This document shows, piece after piece, positions 46,117 to 55,360 of a stretch of DNA of 64,000 nt. Both the position numbers and the translations under genes were made by a program. The DNA is from Candidatus Caldarchaeum subterraneum (lineage in GTDB: Archaea; Thermoproteota; Nitrososphaeria_A; Caldarchaeales; Caldarchaeaceae), in NCBI GenBank assembly GCA_000270325.1, contig BA000048.1, forward strand, positions 515,709 through 579,708, given 5' to 3'. A model generated the notes under the pieces. It did not search any database and was not told where the DNA came from. It saw only the letters and a program-made list of their open reading frames with translations. Position 1 is the first letter of the stretch. Each line of letters opens with the position of its first letter.

Positions 46117-48158
46117 CCCTCCTCGGGCAACAAGTCAGAAAACCCTCCAGCAACCCTTATCACGGTGTATTTCTCCTCGAGCAGCCGCTCGTAAACATCC
46201 CTACCAAGGCCAAACTCTCTGCAGAAACTTTGGAGAGCGTCGCTGAGCAGCTTCAAGTCTGTTTCGCCGAGTCTGCGATAGGACACAAGATGTTCTCTGT
46301 AGTATTTTGAGGTGTAGAGTTTTGATATGCGTTTGAAGGGCTCGGGTGGAAGGTTTTCGCGGAGGTCTTGGATGGTAATTTTCTTTAGCGTGGAGAGTTT
46401 TGTGTATGTTTGTTGGTCTATTTGGCCTTCGAGCAGGAGGCCTCGGAGATATCTTTTGACGTCTTCTCTAGGAGGCTGGAGCCCTATCCGCCATCTGTCG
46501 ACACGTCCCCTGATGTAGATGACGCCGCCGACCATTCCCGTTGCCACACATCGTCCGACCAAGCATTCGTCGCTGTCAAAGCTGTCCACACCGAGAACTG
46601 CGACAACTCCGCCGGCCATGTATTCGCCGAGATAATCATCAACCCTCCCGCCAATTATGAGGTAGGGCTTGTGTTCACGGAATTCACGCATCTGGATAGC
46701 CACTCTGTTGCCCGCGCTCCCCCGGACAAAGATTTCACCGGCTTGGAAAGCCTGCGCCAAAACATCTCCCGCGTTCCCATGTATGATTACGCGGCCGCCA
46801 ACCATCGCGTCGGCTACATCGTCTTCAGCGTTCCCGTAAACGGTTATGACTCCGCCTCTGTTGAAGTTGGCTAAACAGTTTCCCGCTGTGCCGTAGATGT
46901 TGAGAAATCGTCCCGGAGGCACGTTGACGCCGAGATATCTGTGGCCGTTGACGTTGACAACATCCACTTTCTCCGCGCCTTTTGCGAAAAGCTCGGCAAC
47001 TATTTTGTTGACGCGTCGGTAGTCGAGGCCCGCAGCGTCGACAACCCTGCTGGGATATGGGGGCTTTTCTATTCTTGGCTGATAAAGGGTGATGTTCTCT
47101 CTTCCCGAGACGATTATGCCTTTCTTTAGCGAGGCGAGGAAAATTCCGCCGGGCTTGACGGGCCAAACAACCGCTTCAGGAGAGTTCTGCCTTATCTCCG
47201 CCTCCTCGCTCGCCACATATATTCTCTCTTCGTCGTAGCCGACTACAAGGGGCCTGAATTTTGACCTGTCAGCCAAAGCGAGCATGTAGATGTCTTCGCC
47301 GTCGCAGTATCCTGCTACCACGCTGAATGGGCCGTCGAGGCCTGCTCCCCGCCATCGGACATATTCATCCACCTTGTCGAGGTCGTCTTCAAAACCGCTG
47401 ACGAGCAGCTGAGCCGCATGCAGAATTGGGAGACGCTGTATGTTGGTGAGGTAGTCGAGGAGATAGGCTATGAGCTCGCTGTCTGTGCCGACGAAGCTTC
47501 TGTAGCCGCGGAACCTGATGAACTCCATGTTTGCCCCGAAGCTGCTGATATCTCCGTTGTGCGCTATGGCCCATTCCTGGCTCGCGAATGGATGAGACCA
47601 TATGGGGTAAACGCCTGGCGAGTTGGTTGGCTGCCGAGTATGAGCTATCCACATATCCGCCTCAAGGTTTTTCTCCGTCAAGCCATACATCTGTGAGACA
47701 TCGAGGGGGTATCCGACGCCTTTGAAGACCTCGACAAACCTGCCCCATGAATAAACTCTTCCACGCATGCCCGCGTTCCAGAGCTCGTAGTTAATGCTGT
47801 CGACAAGTTTCCTCAACGTTTCCTCGGATGTCTCCACGTAGGCGCTCCACGATGCGAACCTGCTTGCAGGAAGGCTGTCGAACCCCAGCTCGTAGAAACC
47901 TCCGTTAACACGTGTCTTGAGAATCTTCTTAACATGTGAGAGGGTGGTTTCCGAGTCTATGAATATCTTGAGCCTGTGCATGCCGTTGTTGCCGTCGAGG
48001 CTGTAGGCGGCGAAGCCTGCCCCAAGCCTGCTGCCCCTATACCTGACACATTCTATCGATGAAACAGCTTCCTCCACCGACACTTTCTCCGCGTCCTGTT
48101 TACGGAGGATGCCGAGTATTCCACATGCTGATATCTCTCGCCGCGGCTCCATGCTCAT
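46113..48158 (-). CDS. Glutamate-synthase-like protein: class II (Ntn) glutamine amidotransferase domain fused to GXGXG domain
   Basis: [18 protein letters not shown] (Cys after an 11-residue propeptide), AHNGDI; C-terminal repeated GxGxG-type beta-helix segments (VYGNAEDDVADAMVGGRVIIHGNAGDVL...). Start moved from 48386 to the internal Met at 48158. Confidence 0.6.
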   Translation of the reverse strand: MSMEPRREISACGILGILRKQDAEKVSVEEAVSSIECVRYRGSRLGAGFAAYSLDGNNGMHRLKIFIDSETTLSHVKKILKTRVNGGFYELGFDSLPASRFASWSAYVETSEETLRKLVDSINYELWNAGMRGRVYSWGRFVEVFKGVGYPLDVSQMYGLTEKNLEADMWIAHTRQPTNSPGVYPIWSHPFASQEWAIAHNGDISSFGANMEFIRFRGYRSFVGTDSELIAYLLDYLTNIQRLPILHAAQLLVSGFEDDLDKVDEYVRWRGAGLDGPFSVVAGYCDGEDIYMLALADRSKFRPLVVGYDEERIYVASEEAEIRQNSPEAVVWPVKPGGIFLASLKKGIIVSGRENITLYQPRIEKPPYPSRVVDAAGLDYRRVNKIVAELFAKGAEKVDVVNVNGHRYLGVNVPPGRFLNIYGTAGNCLANFNRGGVITVYGNAEDDVADAMVGGRVIIHGNAGDVLAQAFQAGEIFVRGSAGNRVAIQMREFREHKPYLIIGGRVDDYLGEYMAGGVVAVLGVDSFDSDECLVGRCVATGMVGGVIYIRGRVDRWRIGLQPPREDVKRYLRGLLLEGQIDQQTYTKLSTLKKITIQDLRENLPPEPFKRISKLYTSKYYREHLVSYRRLGETDLKLLSDALQSFCREFGLGRDVYERLLEEKYTVIRVAGGFSDLLPEEG

Positions 48159-49105
48159 CCCTCGCCAGCCATCTTCACACCGAGCAAGGCCCTCACCTCT
48201 CTGCCCAGCTCTATGGCCCGCAGCAGCTCCCTGTTGCCCACCAAGGTGTTGAAGACGCTGGAGACACCGGCCGCTCCGGCCAGCAGCTTTATCTCCCTCT
48301 GAAGGCCGAGGAGAAGGTTCTCCATCTTCTCCTGAACGATGGAAACGGTTTGGGTCTTCACGGGCTCGAGTGCTTCTTCGACGCATGCGGAGAGTAGCAC
48401 GGCGTCGGCTCCCAAGGCGACGAGCTTGAACACGTCATCAGCGCCTCTCACACTCCATCCACCTGCGACAAGGCCCACTGTGTTGCGTACACCGTGTCGA
48501 CGGAGCTCACGGTCGAGAAGCGCGACAACAACCTCGAGTTCGGCGTCTCCACCCAAATCCTCGTCAACAACCACTCCAGAAACATGCTCCAGAACAGGCG
48601 GGAGCCATGAGAAGTCTGTCGAGGAACCTACATGGGCGAAAAAGGGCCCACCCACATCACTCACACGCGTCGGCTCAGCAAAGTAGCCAGCGAAAACTCC
48701 TCTATATGCAGGGTCTACAACAAGGGCCTCACCGTAATTCTCCAACTCCGCTGGGTTTTCCAGCATCATCAAAACACCCATACAGTAGCAGGCGCGGACA
48801 ACGCCTTCTATGAAAACGCGGGGCAGATGGGCGCCGAGCTTCACGGCAACAGGCATCGATAGCCTGAGCCTCCCTCCGCGGAGATAGACATGTGTTTCAA
48901 CAGGTTCGCGGTAGGGGTCGATGCTCGGCCTCGTCACCTGCGCGCCGTCTATGACTATGTGGTCGCGTATGAAGAATGGCGCATCCACGTATGGAGGAGC
49001 TGTGCTGCCCATGCTTACTATCGGTGGCTCAGCCGGCTGCCTGCCGATAACACCAGCCATCTCCCGAAGATGCTTTACACGGTCCTCTGTCCATCCTCTA
49101 AGCAA
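48155..49105 (-). CDS. Glutamate-synthase-related TIM-barrel protein (divergent)
   Basis: 316 aa, [15 protein letters not shown] resembles the FMN-domain paralog downstream; lies between two glutamate-synthase domain genes. Confidence 0.4.
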   Translation of the reverse strand: MLRGWTEDRVKHLREMAGVIGRQPAEPPIVSMGSTAPPYVDAPFFIRDHIVIDGAQVTRPSIDPYREPVETHVYLRGGRLRLSMPVAVKLGAHLPRVFIEGVVRACYCMGVLMMLENPAELENYGEALVVDPAYRGVFAGYFAEPTRVSDVGGPFFAHVGSSTDFSWLPPVLEHVSGVVVDEDLGGDAELEVVVALLDRELRRHGVRNTVGLVAGGWSVRGADDVFKLVALGADAVLLSACVEEALEPVKTQTVSIVQEKMENLLLGLQREIKLLAGAAGVSSVFNTLVGNRELLRAIELGREVRALLGVKMAGEG

Positions 49106-50333
49106 GCGGCTTCACCCCCATGACGCTTAGCTGGCTCGGCTCGACGCCGCGGGACACGAGCAAATCTCTCCGTCCACATAGTTCTCCGACGCTTTTCACG
49201 CCGACCTTGTCGAGGATGAGCTTCAGCTCCTCTGTCCATCCGTTCACCATGTTCACAACCCATTTGGTCGCCGTGTCAAGGGAAAGAAGCTTAACGGGGT
49301 TGTCGTCGATTTTGTTGGTTAACACGGCGGGGCAGAAGCCGAGGTGGCACTTATGCACCATGATACAGCCCATCGCAATCAACGAAGCTGTGCCAAGCGA
49401 GACAAGGTCCGCGCCCAGCGCTATCAGCTTCGCGGTGTCCTCCGCGCTGCTCACACGACCAGCAGCAACCACGGAGAACCCTTCACGCAAACCCTCGCGT
49501 CTAAGCATCTCATCAACCACGGGAACAGCTATCTCGACAGGCAGCCCAACATTATTCCTCACAACCGCGGGCGCCGCACCCGTCCCCGCACCCTGACCAT
49601 CCAAGATAATTCCATCCGCACCCATCCGCGCAACACCGCAGGCGATGTAGCCGATGTAGTTCGTCACACCGACCTTGACGAAAACAGGCTTGCCAGTGGC
49701 TTCCTTCAGAGCCATAATCCGTTGGCCAAGGTCCTCGATGGAGTAGATGTCATGGTGGGGTGCTGGAGAGATGGCGTCGACGCCCACGGGTATGCGCCGT
49801 GTCTCGGAGATGAGGCGCGACACCTTTACTCCCGGAAGGTGGCCTCCTATGCCAGGCTTCGCACCCTGCCCAATCTTGATAACAATACCCAGCCCCGTCA
49901 TCAACACGTCGATGTCGACGCCGAAGCGTGCAGAAGCCCACTGCACAGTAATTCTCCTACATTTTCTCACCTCGGGGTGAAGACCTCCTTCACCCGTGCC
50001 CGTGAGTATCCCCGTCAAATCCGCTGCACGGGCGAGGGCTATGTTGGGGACGCCGCTGAGGGCTCCGAAGCTCATGTCGCCGAGGTAGATGGGTGTGGTG
50101 AGGGTTATCTCCCCGCCGGCCATGGAAACGGATGCATCGACACCCGCTACCTGTTTAACAGTCTCCCTTTCATCGTCTTCAAGCTCGGCCTTGAACACCA
50201 GCCTGTCGAGGAGACGGCGTGAAGAATGCTTGGCCCTGTCCCACACCCAAACAGGCTCACCGAACCGGGCCAGCTGCCTGATATGCTCAATCCTCGTCCT
50301 GTTCCAGAACTCGGGCCCCTCCTGCCTCGGCAC
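49098..50333 (-). CDS. Glutamate synthase FMN-binding (GltB-type) domain protein
   Basis: [18 protein letters not shown] and [18 protein letters not shown] signature motifs. Confidence 0.7.
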   Translation of the reverse strand: MPRQEGPEFWNRTRIEHIRQLARFGEPVWVWDRAKHSSRRLLDRLVFKAELEDDERETVKQVAGVDASVSMAGGEITLTTPIYLGDMSFGALSGVPNIALARAADLTGILTGTGEGGLHPEVRKCRRITVQWASARFGVDIDVLMTGLGIVIKIGQGAKPGIGGHLPGVKVSRLISETRRIPVGVDAISPAPHHDIYSIEDLGQRIMALKEATGKPVFVKVGVTNYIGYIACGVARMGADGIILDGQGAGTGAAPAVVRNNVGLPVEIAVPVVDEMLRREGLREGFSVVAAGRVSSAEDTAKLIALGADLVSLGTASLIAMGCIMVHKCHLGFCPAVLTNKIDDNPVKLLSLDTATKWVVNMVNGWTEELKLILDKVGVKSVGELCGRRDLLVSRGVEPSQLSVMGVKPLA

Positions 50334-50508
50334 AGGCAGGTAATCAGCGACGAGCTTCGCCGTCCATCCATCACCCCGTTGTGGTTATCTTCTGACAAAA
50401 AAGCGATATTTAACCATGAAAACCGTCAAAAAGACGGCATTATACGAAAAACATTAACAAAAAACCAGTCCACAAACAGCAAAATAGAGCAGCCGATCTT
50501 CTAGCCGC

Positions 50509-51336
50509 ATGGTAGACCTCTTGACCGTTTTAGCCATCTCGTTTCTAGCGGGGCTGGTGGGCTCCATCACAGGGCTGGGAGGAGCCAGCATAACCACGCC
50601 TCTCCTAACCTTGGCCGGTGTACCGATAAAATACGCCATCGCAGCCGGCATCGTCTCCATCATAGCCACCTCAAGCGGCGCCGCTGCTTCATATGTCCGC
50701 GGCGGATTATCCAACGTGAAGGCTGCGATGTTTCTCGAGATGTTCACGGTAGTGGGAGCGATAATCGGCGCCATCATAACAATCTACGTCTCGGCGCGGC
50801 TTCTCTACTTTCTCTTCGCAGGGTTTCTTCTCACATCCTTCATCGGCATCAGGCGGCACCTAGGTGAAGAGCTTCCGACAAACGTGAACCAAGACAGGGC
50901 TGCTCGATGGCTGAGTCTGGAGGGCGTCTACTACGACCACGCGCTGGGCAGAGAAGTTTCCTACAAGCTTACGCGGCCTCTTGCAGCTGGAGGCGGAATG
51001 TTTATCGCCGGCGTCGCGGCTGGGATGCTTGGCATAGGTGCCGGAGCCTTCAAAGTAGCAGTCCACGAGCTAATCATGCGGATGCCGTCAAAAGTCTCAT
51101 CAGCCACCAGCACCTTCATAATAGGCATGACAGCATTAGCGGGGGCCAGCGTATACTTCAGCTCGGGGCTACTGTACCTGACTCTAGCCGCGCCGATGGT
51201 TCTCGGCACAACTTTGGGAGCAGTCGTGGGCTCCCGTATCCTCGGCCACATCAGCAACAGAGTGACGCGGCTGTTTTTCTTGGCTGTTGTTTTTGTTCTC
51301 TTTCTGCAGATGCTTCTGCGGGGGCTGCTGGCTTGA
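50509..51336 (+). CDS. TauE/SafE (DUF81) family membrane transporter
   Basis: Polytopic membrane protein with two Gly-rich repeats (SITGLGGASITTPLL; GMLGIGAGAF). Confidence 0.65.
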   Translation: MVDLLTVLAISFLAGLVGSITGLGGASITTPLLTLAGVPIKYAIAAGIVSIIATSSGAAASYVRGGLSNVKAAMFLEMFTVVGAIIGAIITIYVSARLLYFLFAGFLLTSFIGIRRHLGEELPTNVNQDRAARWLSLEGVYYDHALGREVSYKLTRPLAAGGGMFIAGVAAGMLGIGAGAFKVAVHELIMRMPSKVSSATSTFIIGMTALAGASVYFSSGLLYLTLAAPMVLGTTLGAVVGSRILGHISNRVTRLFFLAVVFVLFLQMLLRGLLA

Positions 51337-51359
51337 GCCGTTACGAGAAACTGGATGTG

Positions 51360-51689
51360 ATGATTAGCTGGATACTTGTCGCCGGCGTCGCCGCCAGCCT
51401 AGCCGTGACAACATGGGCCCTCGCCTCATATTATTTGAGCAACGGCCCTGCCTTGGCTCTCAGCGACGAATACCGAGTATCGTCCAAGAGCTTCTTCGAC
51501 TATCTGCTTCACATACATAAGGGAGGCGTGGCAGGCGCCATGGCGGTAGGCGTAGCCGCGCTCATGCTAACACCCTACATCAGAGCACTCGCCTCACTAA
51601 TCTACTTCATAGCCAAACGCGACATCAAATACATCCTAATAACAGCCTTCGTCTTCACCATATTGACAATAAGCCTCCTAACCAGTTGA
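51360..51689 (+). CDS. Small membrane protein (DUF1634-like) downstream of TauE
   Basis: C-terminal 109 aa of ORF 50907..51689 from the first ATG past the TauE stop; hydrophobic segments. Confidence 0.45.
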   Translation: MISWILVAGVAASLAVTTWALASYYLSNGPALALSDEYRVSSKSFFDYLLHIHKGGVAGAMAVGVAALMLTPYIRALASLIYFIAKRDIKYILITAFVFTILTISLLTS

Positions 51690-51725
51690 GCAAGAGCGCT
51701 TGGAAAAGCATGCAAAGCTCTGACG

Positions 51726-52583
51726 ATGTTGAGGTTTATTAGCTCGGCGAAGACTTTCAAACACATGGCGGAGCGCCGTAGAACTCTCCTGAAAGCTACG
51801 CTGGGCTCCTCGCTTCTCGTCACTCTCGCGCCTTTCCTCTCATGGGGAGGTTTCCTGTTCAGGCCCGAGGCAACATCTGGGCAGATTAGGCAGAGGCTTA
51901 TCAACCTGAAAGATTTCCCCGTCAACTCCAAGCTAACTTTCCCGTTTCCCGCGACAGGCGACCCAACCGTAGACTCAGACCCCTTCAGACAATACATACT
52001 CGTTCACCTCCCATCGGGAGACCTGAAAGCATACAGCAAAGTCTGCGTACATCTCTGGTGCCTCTACGACTACTTTCCCGATAAACGGCAGTTCCAGTGC
52101 CCGTGCCACGGAAGCATATACAACCCAGACACAGGCGTTGCGATTAGAGGGCCAGCAGCGCTACAACCCTACCCCACCAACTCACTGCCCGAGCTCAACC
52201 TCGAGGTTGACCCCGACGGCACCATATATGCGACGGGGCTGAGAGGCAGGATAGGATATGGCCGCGAATGGAGAGCCGAAGCGGCGTGGATACAGCAGAA
52301 ACAATCAAGCTCACCCAACACACCTGTAACAGGCTACGTCGTCTTCAGAGACCCGCTCCCACCCGATGACACGCTCTCACTAATCCGCGGCGTCGACGCA
52401 AAGATCGTCAAATGGTACGGCTACTTCGACAAATCCCCGACCGAGCGCGAATGGCTAACCGGAGAGGGAGAGCAAAACATCACCACCGCAACAGCGGTAT
52501 ACGGCCTAGACGCGTCGGCAACACCCTCCTCACATCTCAAACTTCTCGAAAACCCGAAGATCATAATCATCCTCCCCCGATAA
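51726..52583 (+). CDS. Rieske [2Fe-2S] domain protein with Tat-type signal
   Basis: RRRTLLKATLGSS twin-arginine motif; Rieske boxes CVHLWC and CPCHGS. Confidence 0.65.
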   Translation: MLRFISSAKTFKHMAERRRTLLKATLGSSLLVTLAPFLSWGGFLFRPEATSGQIRQRLINLKDFPVNSKLTFPFPATGDPTVDSDPFRQYILVHLPSGDLKAYSKVCVHLWCLYDYFPDKRQFQCPCHGSIYNPDTGVAIRGPAALQPYPTNSLPELNLEVDPDGTIYATGLRGRIGYGREWRAEAAWIQQKQSSSPNTPVTGYVVFRDPLPPDDTLSLIRGVDAKIVKWYGYFDKSPTEREWLTGEGEQNITTATAVYGLDASATPSSHLKLLENPKIIIILPR

Positions 52584-52616
52584 AACACAAATACCGAGAA
52601 CAAGCTCTTCAACACA

Positions 52617-52701
52617 GCGGGGGTCGCCAAGCCTGGTCAACGGCGCAGGACTGAGGCTCCTGTCCCGAAGGGGTTCGTGGGTTCAAATCCCACCCCCCGC
52701 A
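52617..52701 (+). tRNA. tRNA-Leu (anticodon GAG), type II, no intron
   Basis: Acceptor GCGGGGG/CCCCCGC, anticodon stem CAGGA/TCCTG with loop CUGAGGC, 14-nt variable arm, T-arm GTGGG-TTCAAAT-CCCAC, discriminator A. Confidence 0.75.
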
Positions 52702-53330
52702 TGTGCGACAACACAATTCCATAGCATGTTCACACCTTCCCTTTTCCCTCTTTTGATGGGGAGAATGTCGAGGTTGGCTCTTAAGAGCGCGTCAACGGGA
52801 TGCGTTCCATTTGCTATGTTGCAGAGGAGGGCTACAGCCAGCTGGCTACCATACCTGTATTTAGGCACCTTGATGCTCAGAAGACTCAGCGTCTCATCTA
52901 GCTCACGCTGCCTGCTCTCAGGCCTTCTGGCGAAATTCACGTCTTCTTGCTGGAAAATCCACGCCAAAGCATAGAGAATGTACTCCAAATCATATCCGGG
53001 AAGACCTTCAACAGCATGTCTAAACCTCTCCACAACAGTTGCGATGTTCGCACCTTGCCAAACCTCCACGATAGCTTTTAGGACCTGCATGGCCTTCTCC
53101 TTGTCGGCGCATAGTTTACCGTAGAAATCTATGGCGAAGTGGGCGTGCTTAGGTGTGTATGACCGTATTCGTGGCTCAAGCTGGTAAACAGTTCTCACTT
53201 TGAAATCGCGTTTGGATTTACTGTCTTCGGTTTTGAGCAGTATCCATCCGTTGCTGAGCCTGACTACCTCGAGTATTCTCCGTCTGTTCCTGCCCCTGCC
53301 AAAATATTCGCCAACCGATAGCATGGTCAA
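52683..53330 (-). CDS. Hypothetical protein, 215 aa, overlapping the downstream end of a methyltransferase gene; its 3' end overlaps tRNA-Leu by 19 nt
   Basis: ORF; 4-nt overlap (53327-53330) with the methyltransferase; no recognisable catalytic motif. Confidence 0.5.
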   Translation of the reverse strand: MTMLSVGEYFGRGRNRRRILEVVRLSNGWILLKTEDSKSKRDFKVRTVYQLEPRIRSYTPKHAHFAIDFYGKLCADKEKAMQVLKAIVEVWQGANIATVVERFRHAVEGLPGYDLEYILYALAWIFQQEDVNFARRPESRQRELDETLSLLSIKVPKYRYGSQLAVALLCNIANGTHPVDALLRANLDILPIKRGKREGVNMLWNCVVAHAGGGI

Positions 53331-54304
53331 ATCTGCGTTAACCAGCCGCTCAACGACAATCTGCCCCGTTCTTCCTCGTTTTCCGGCTTTCTGAAGATGT
53401 ATAGATGTTCATGGGCTATTTTGTGGAAGCCATATTGTTCAAAATTTTTTCCACTCCATTTTTCACGCGTCGTCTTCATTTTGTGCTGCAGCTTGATTAT
53501 ATCCTCTGCTAGAACAAAGCCAGCTTGCAAGAATTTCAGCATCACGTAAGTGGAGATAGGCACGTAGTGTTTGTGTTTTCTCGTGTCGCCGATGAGTATT
53601 GCACAGTATCGTCCTGGTTTCAGAACACGGTAGGATTCACGGGCTATCTGCATCATTTTTCCCAAATAGTCCTCTAGCTTTCTGTATGCTGAAAGATCGC
53701 CTTCAGGTCTTTTCCGTGAATATGGGATGATGTTCCAATAGGGTGGATGTGTGGCGATCAAGTCTACACTCTCATCTTCTATGATGTTGAGTTTTGCCGC
53801 ATCGCCGTGATACACTTTTATCACCGGTTCCTGTTGTTCATCCAGTGGATGGAATTCAAAATTGAGCCGGTCCAGCGTGAGTATACATGCTTCATAATTG
53901 ATGTCGACGCCTATCGCGTTTCTCCCCAAGAGTGTCGCCTCGACCAGCGTGGTTCCCGAGCCAACCATCTGGTCAAGCACAAGCTCCCCCGGTTTAGTGT
54001 ATTTTAGAATCAGGTTTCTCGGAACATAGGGGCTCCAGTTTCCCCTGTAGTCGCCGGAGTGTGTGGCCCAGTCGCCGCGGTCCGGAAAACTCCACACAGT
54101 TGTGGCCTCGAGGTTGTATGATGCCGGTGGGCTGTATGAGTTGATTTTATGTGGTTTGCCTATCTCTATCCTGACATCTTCTACCTCGACATAGCCTTTC
54201 TCAGCCACATAGCGGCGATAATCCTCCCAAGTGACGGGCCTCATGCTAGTCAACACAAACTGTGAAGACCCTGTGTCCAACAGCGTCCCGAACATTCTGC
54301 TCAC
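53327..54304 (-). CDS. Amino-methyltransferase (DPPY family), paralog of 16497..17693
   Basis: NWSPYVPRNLILKYTKPGELVLDQMVGSGTTLVEA (motif X/I) followed about 75 aa later by VDLIATHPPY (motif IV) and RVLKPGRYCAILIGD. Confidence 0.7.
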   Translation of the reverse strand: MSRMFGTLLDTGSSQFVLTSMRPVTWEDYRRYVAEKGYVEVEDVRIEIGKPHKINSYSPPASYNLEATTVWSFPDRGDWATHSGDYRGNWSPYVPRNLILKYTKPGELVLDQMVGSGTTLVEATLLGRNAIGVDINYEACILTLDRLNFEFHPLDEQQEPVIKVYHGDAAKLNIIEDESVDLIATHPPYWNIIPYSRKRPEGDLSAYRKLEDYLGKMMQIARESYRVLKPGRYCAILIGDTRKHKHYVPISTYVMLKFLQAGFVLAEDIIKLQHKMKTTREKWSGKNFEQYGFHKIAHEHLYIFRKPENEEERGRLSLSGWLTQI

Positions 54305-54365
54305 GCCAACCTCTTAAGCCTTTACCGAAAATAGCTCAACTCATAAGATGTCTTGAACACATGGC

Positions 54366-54686
54366 TCATGGGTTGAAGGCATATTTCTCCTCAAGGATGC
54401 GGTATAGGTTTTCATCGCATATGAAGGTGAATGTTGGGACGCCTTCGATTTTTATTTTCCCGTCTATGATGAGCGTGGGTACGGAGCGTATTTGATACTT
54501 TTTCACAAGCTCTTCGACGGCGTAGAAGTTTTTGGAGAGGTCGTGTATGGTGAAGCTGCAGCCGGCGCATTTGCCAAGCTCAATCATGGCGCGTGTTTTT
54601 CGGCAGAGGGGGCAGTTTGAGATGAACAGCTCAAGCCGGTGAGGCACGTGGGGTAGCCTATGTGATGAGATTTTAGCGTTGTGCAC
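54366..54686 (-). CDS. Thioredoxin/glutaredoxin-like protein
   Basis: CPLC redox motif and cis-Pro context (SVPTLII); start uncertain. Confidence 0.45.
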   Translation of the reverse strand: MHNAKISSHRLPHVPHRLELFISNCPLCRKTRAMIELGKCAGCSFTIHDLSKNFYAVEELVKKYQIRSVPTLIIDGKIKIEGVPTFTFICDENLYRILEEKYAFNP

Positions 54687-55302
54687 GCTCTCCTAGTTTT
54701 GTGAGGATTTTTTGCCAGTCGAGTCTTGTTATTATGTAGATGAGTGTCATGGCTGCTGCGGCTGATGCTGCTGCGAGTAGGATTGTTTGGAGGGGGTTGA
54801 GCTGGCCTGCTGTGCATTCGATTATTGTGCATGCGAGTGTGCTCCAGTAGAGGGCTGTGTAGGCTGCGATGGTTGTGATGAGAAGTTTGCCTGCGAAGAC
54901 TGTGGGGAGGAAGAGTTTGCTGCTGTAGTTGGCTATGGCGAGGAGGATGTAGATGATGTCGTCGGGGAGGGGTGTGGCGGCTGCGGCGAGGACGGCGAAC
55001 CAGCCGTGACGTGCCACAAGCCGTTCGAGAGGCTGAATCCTTCTTCTTGTCTCGTCGCTTATCAGCACACGGCCGCCTTTGAAGAACCTGAAGAGAACAA
55101 GCTTCGCCGACGCCGCTCCAGCCGCGCTCGCCAACGCCGTGGGAAGAGGGTCAAGCCTTCCAGCCATCACGGCGATGATGATGGGAGGGATGTAGGGGCC
55201 TGAGACAAACGGGAGGAGGCTTCCGAGGAAACTGGCTGCCAACACACCGATGTAGCCATACGCCGTTAACCCCTCCCAGAAAGCCTGCGAGAAAATATCC
55301 AT
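54673..55302 (-). CDS. DedA/SNARE-associated (VTT-domain) membrane protein
   Basis: From internal Met MDIFSQAFWEGL... of ORF 54673..56049; hydrophobic, DedA-like; the upstream 250 codons of the ORF are low-complexity and antisense to the glycerate kinase gene. Confidence 0.6.
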   Translation of the reverse strand: MDIFSQAFWEGLTAYGYIGVLAASFLGSLLPFVSGPYIPPIIIAVMAGRLDPLPTALASAAGAASAKLVLFRFFKGGRVLISDETRRRIQPLERLVARHGWFAVLAAAATPLPDDIIYILLAIANYSSKLFLPTVFAGKLLITTIAAYTALYWSTLACTIIECTAGQLNPLQTILLAAASAAAAMTLIYIITRLDWQKILTKLGERAQR

Positions 55303-55360
55303 CACCGTTTTCTTTTTCGGGTTTGCTTTAACTCTTTTTACAGTCGTTAAGTTTGTAGGG

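Noticed and set aside
48159-48386. 76-codon N-terminal extension of ORF 46113..48386
   Set aside because: Overlaps the upstream glutamate-synthase-related gene and precedes the expected propeptide/Cys start; the start was moved to the internal Met at 48158.
50907-51359. N-terminal 151 codons of ORF 50907..51689
   Set aside because: Out-of-frame overlap with the TauE/SafE gene; only the part after the TauE stop (from ATG 51360) looks like a real membrane protein.
52617-54304. Integrated element at the tRNA-Leu 3' end
   Set aside because: I found no second copy of the tRNA 3' end downstream and no integrase, so integration is left as a possibility rather than a call.
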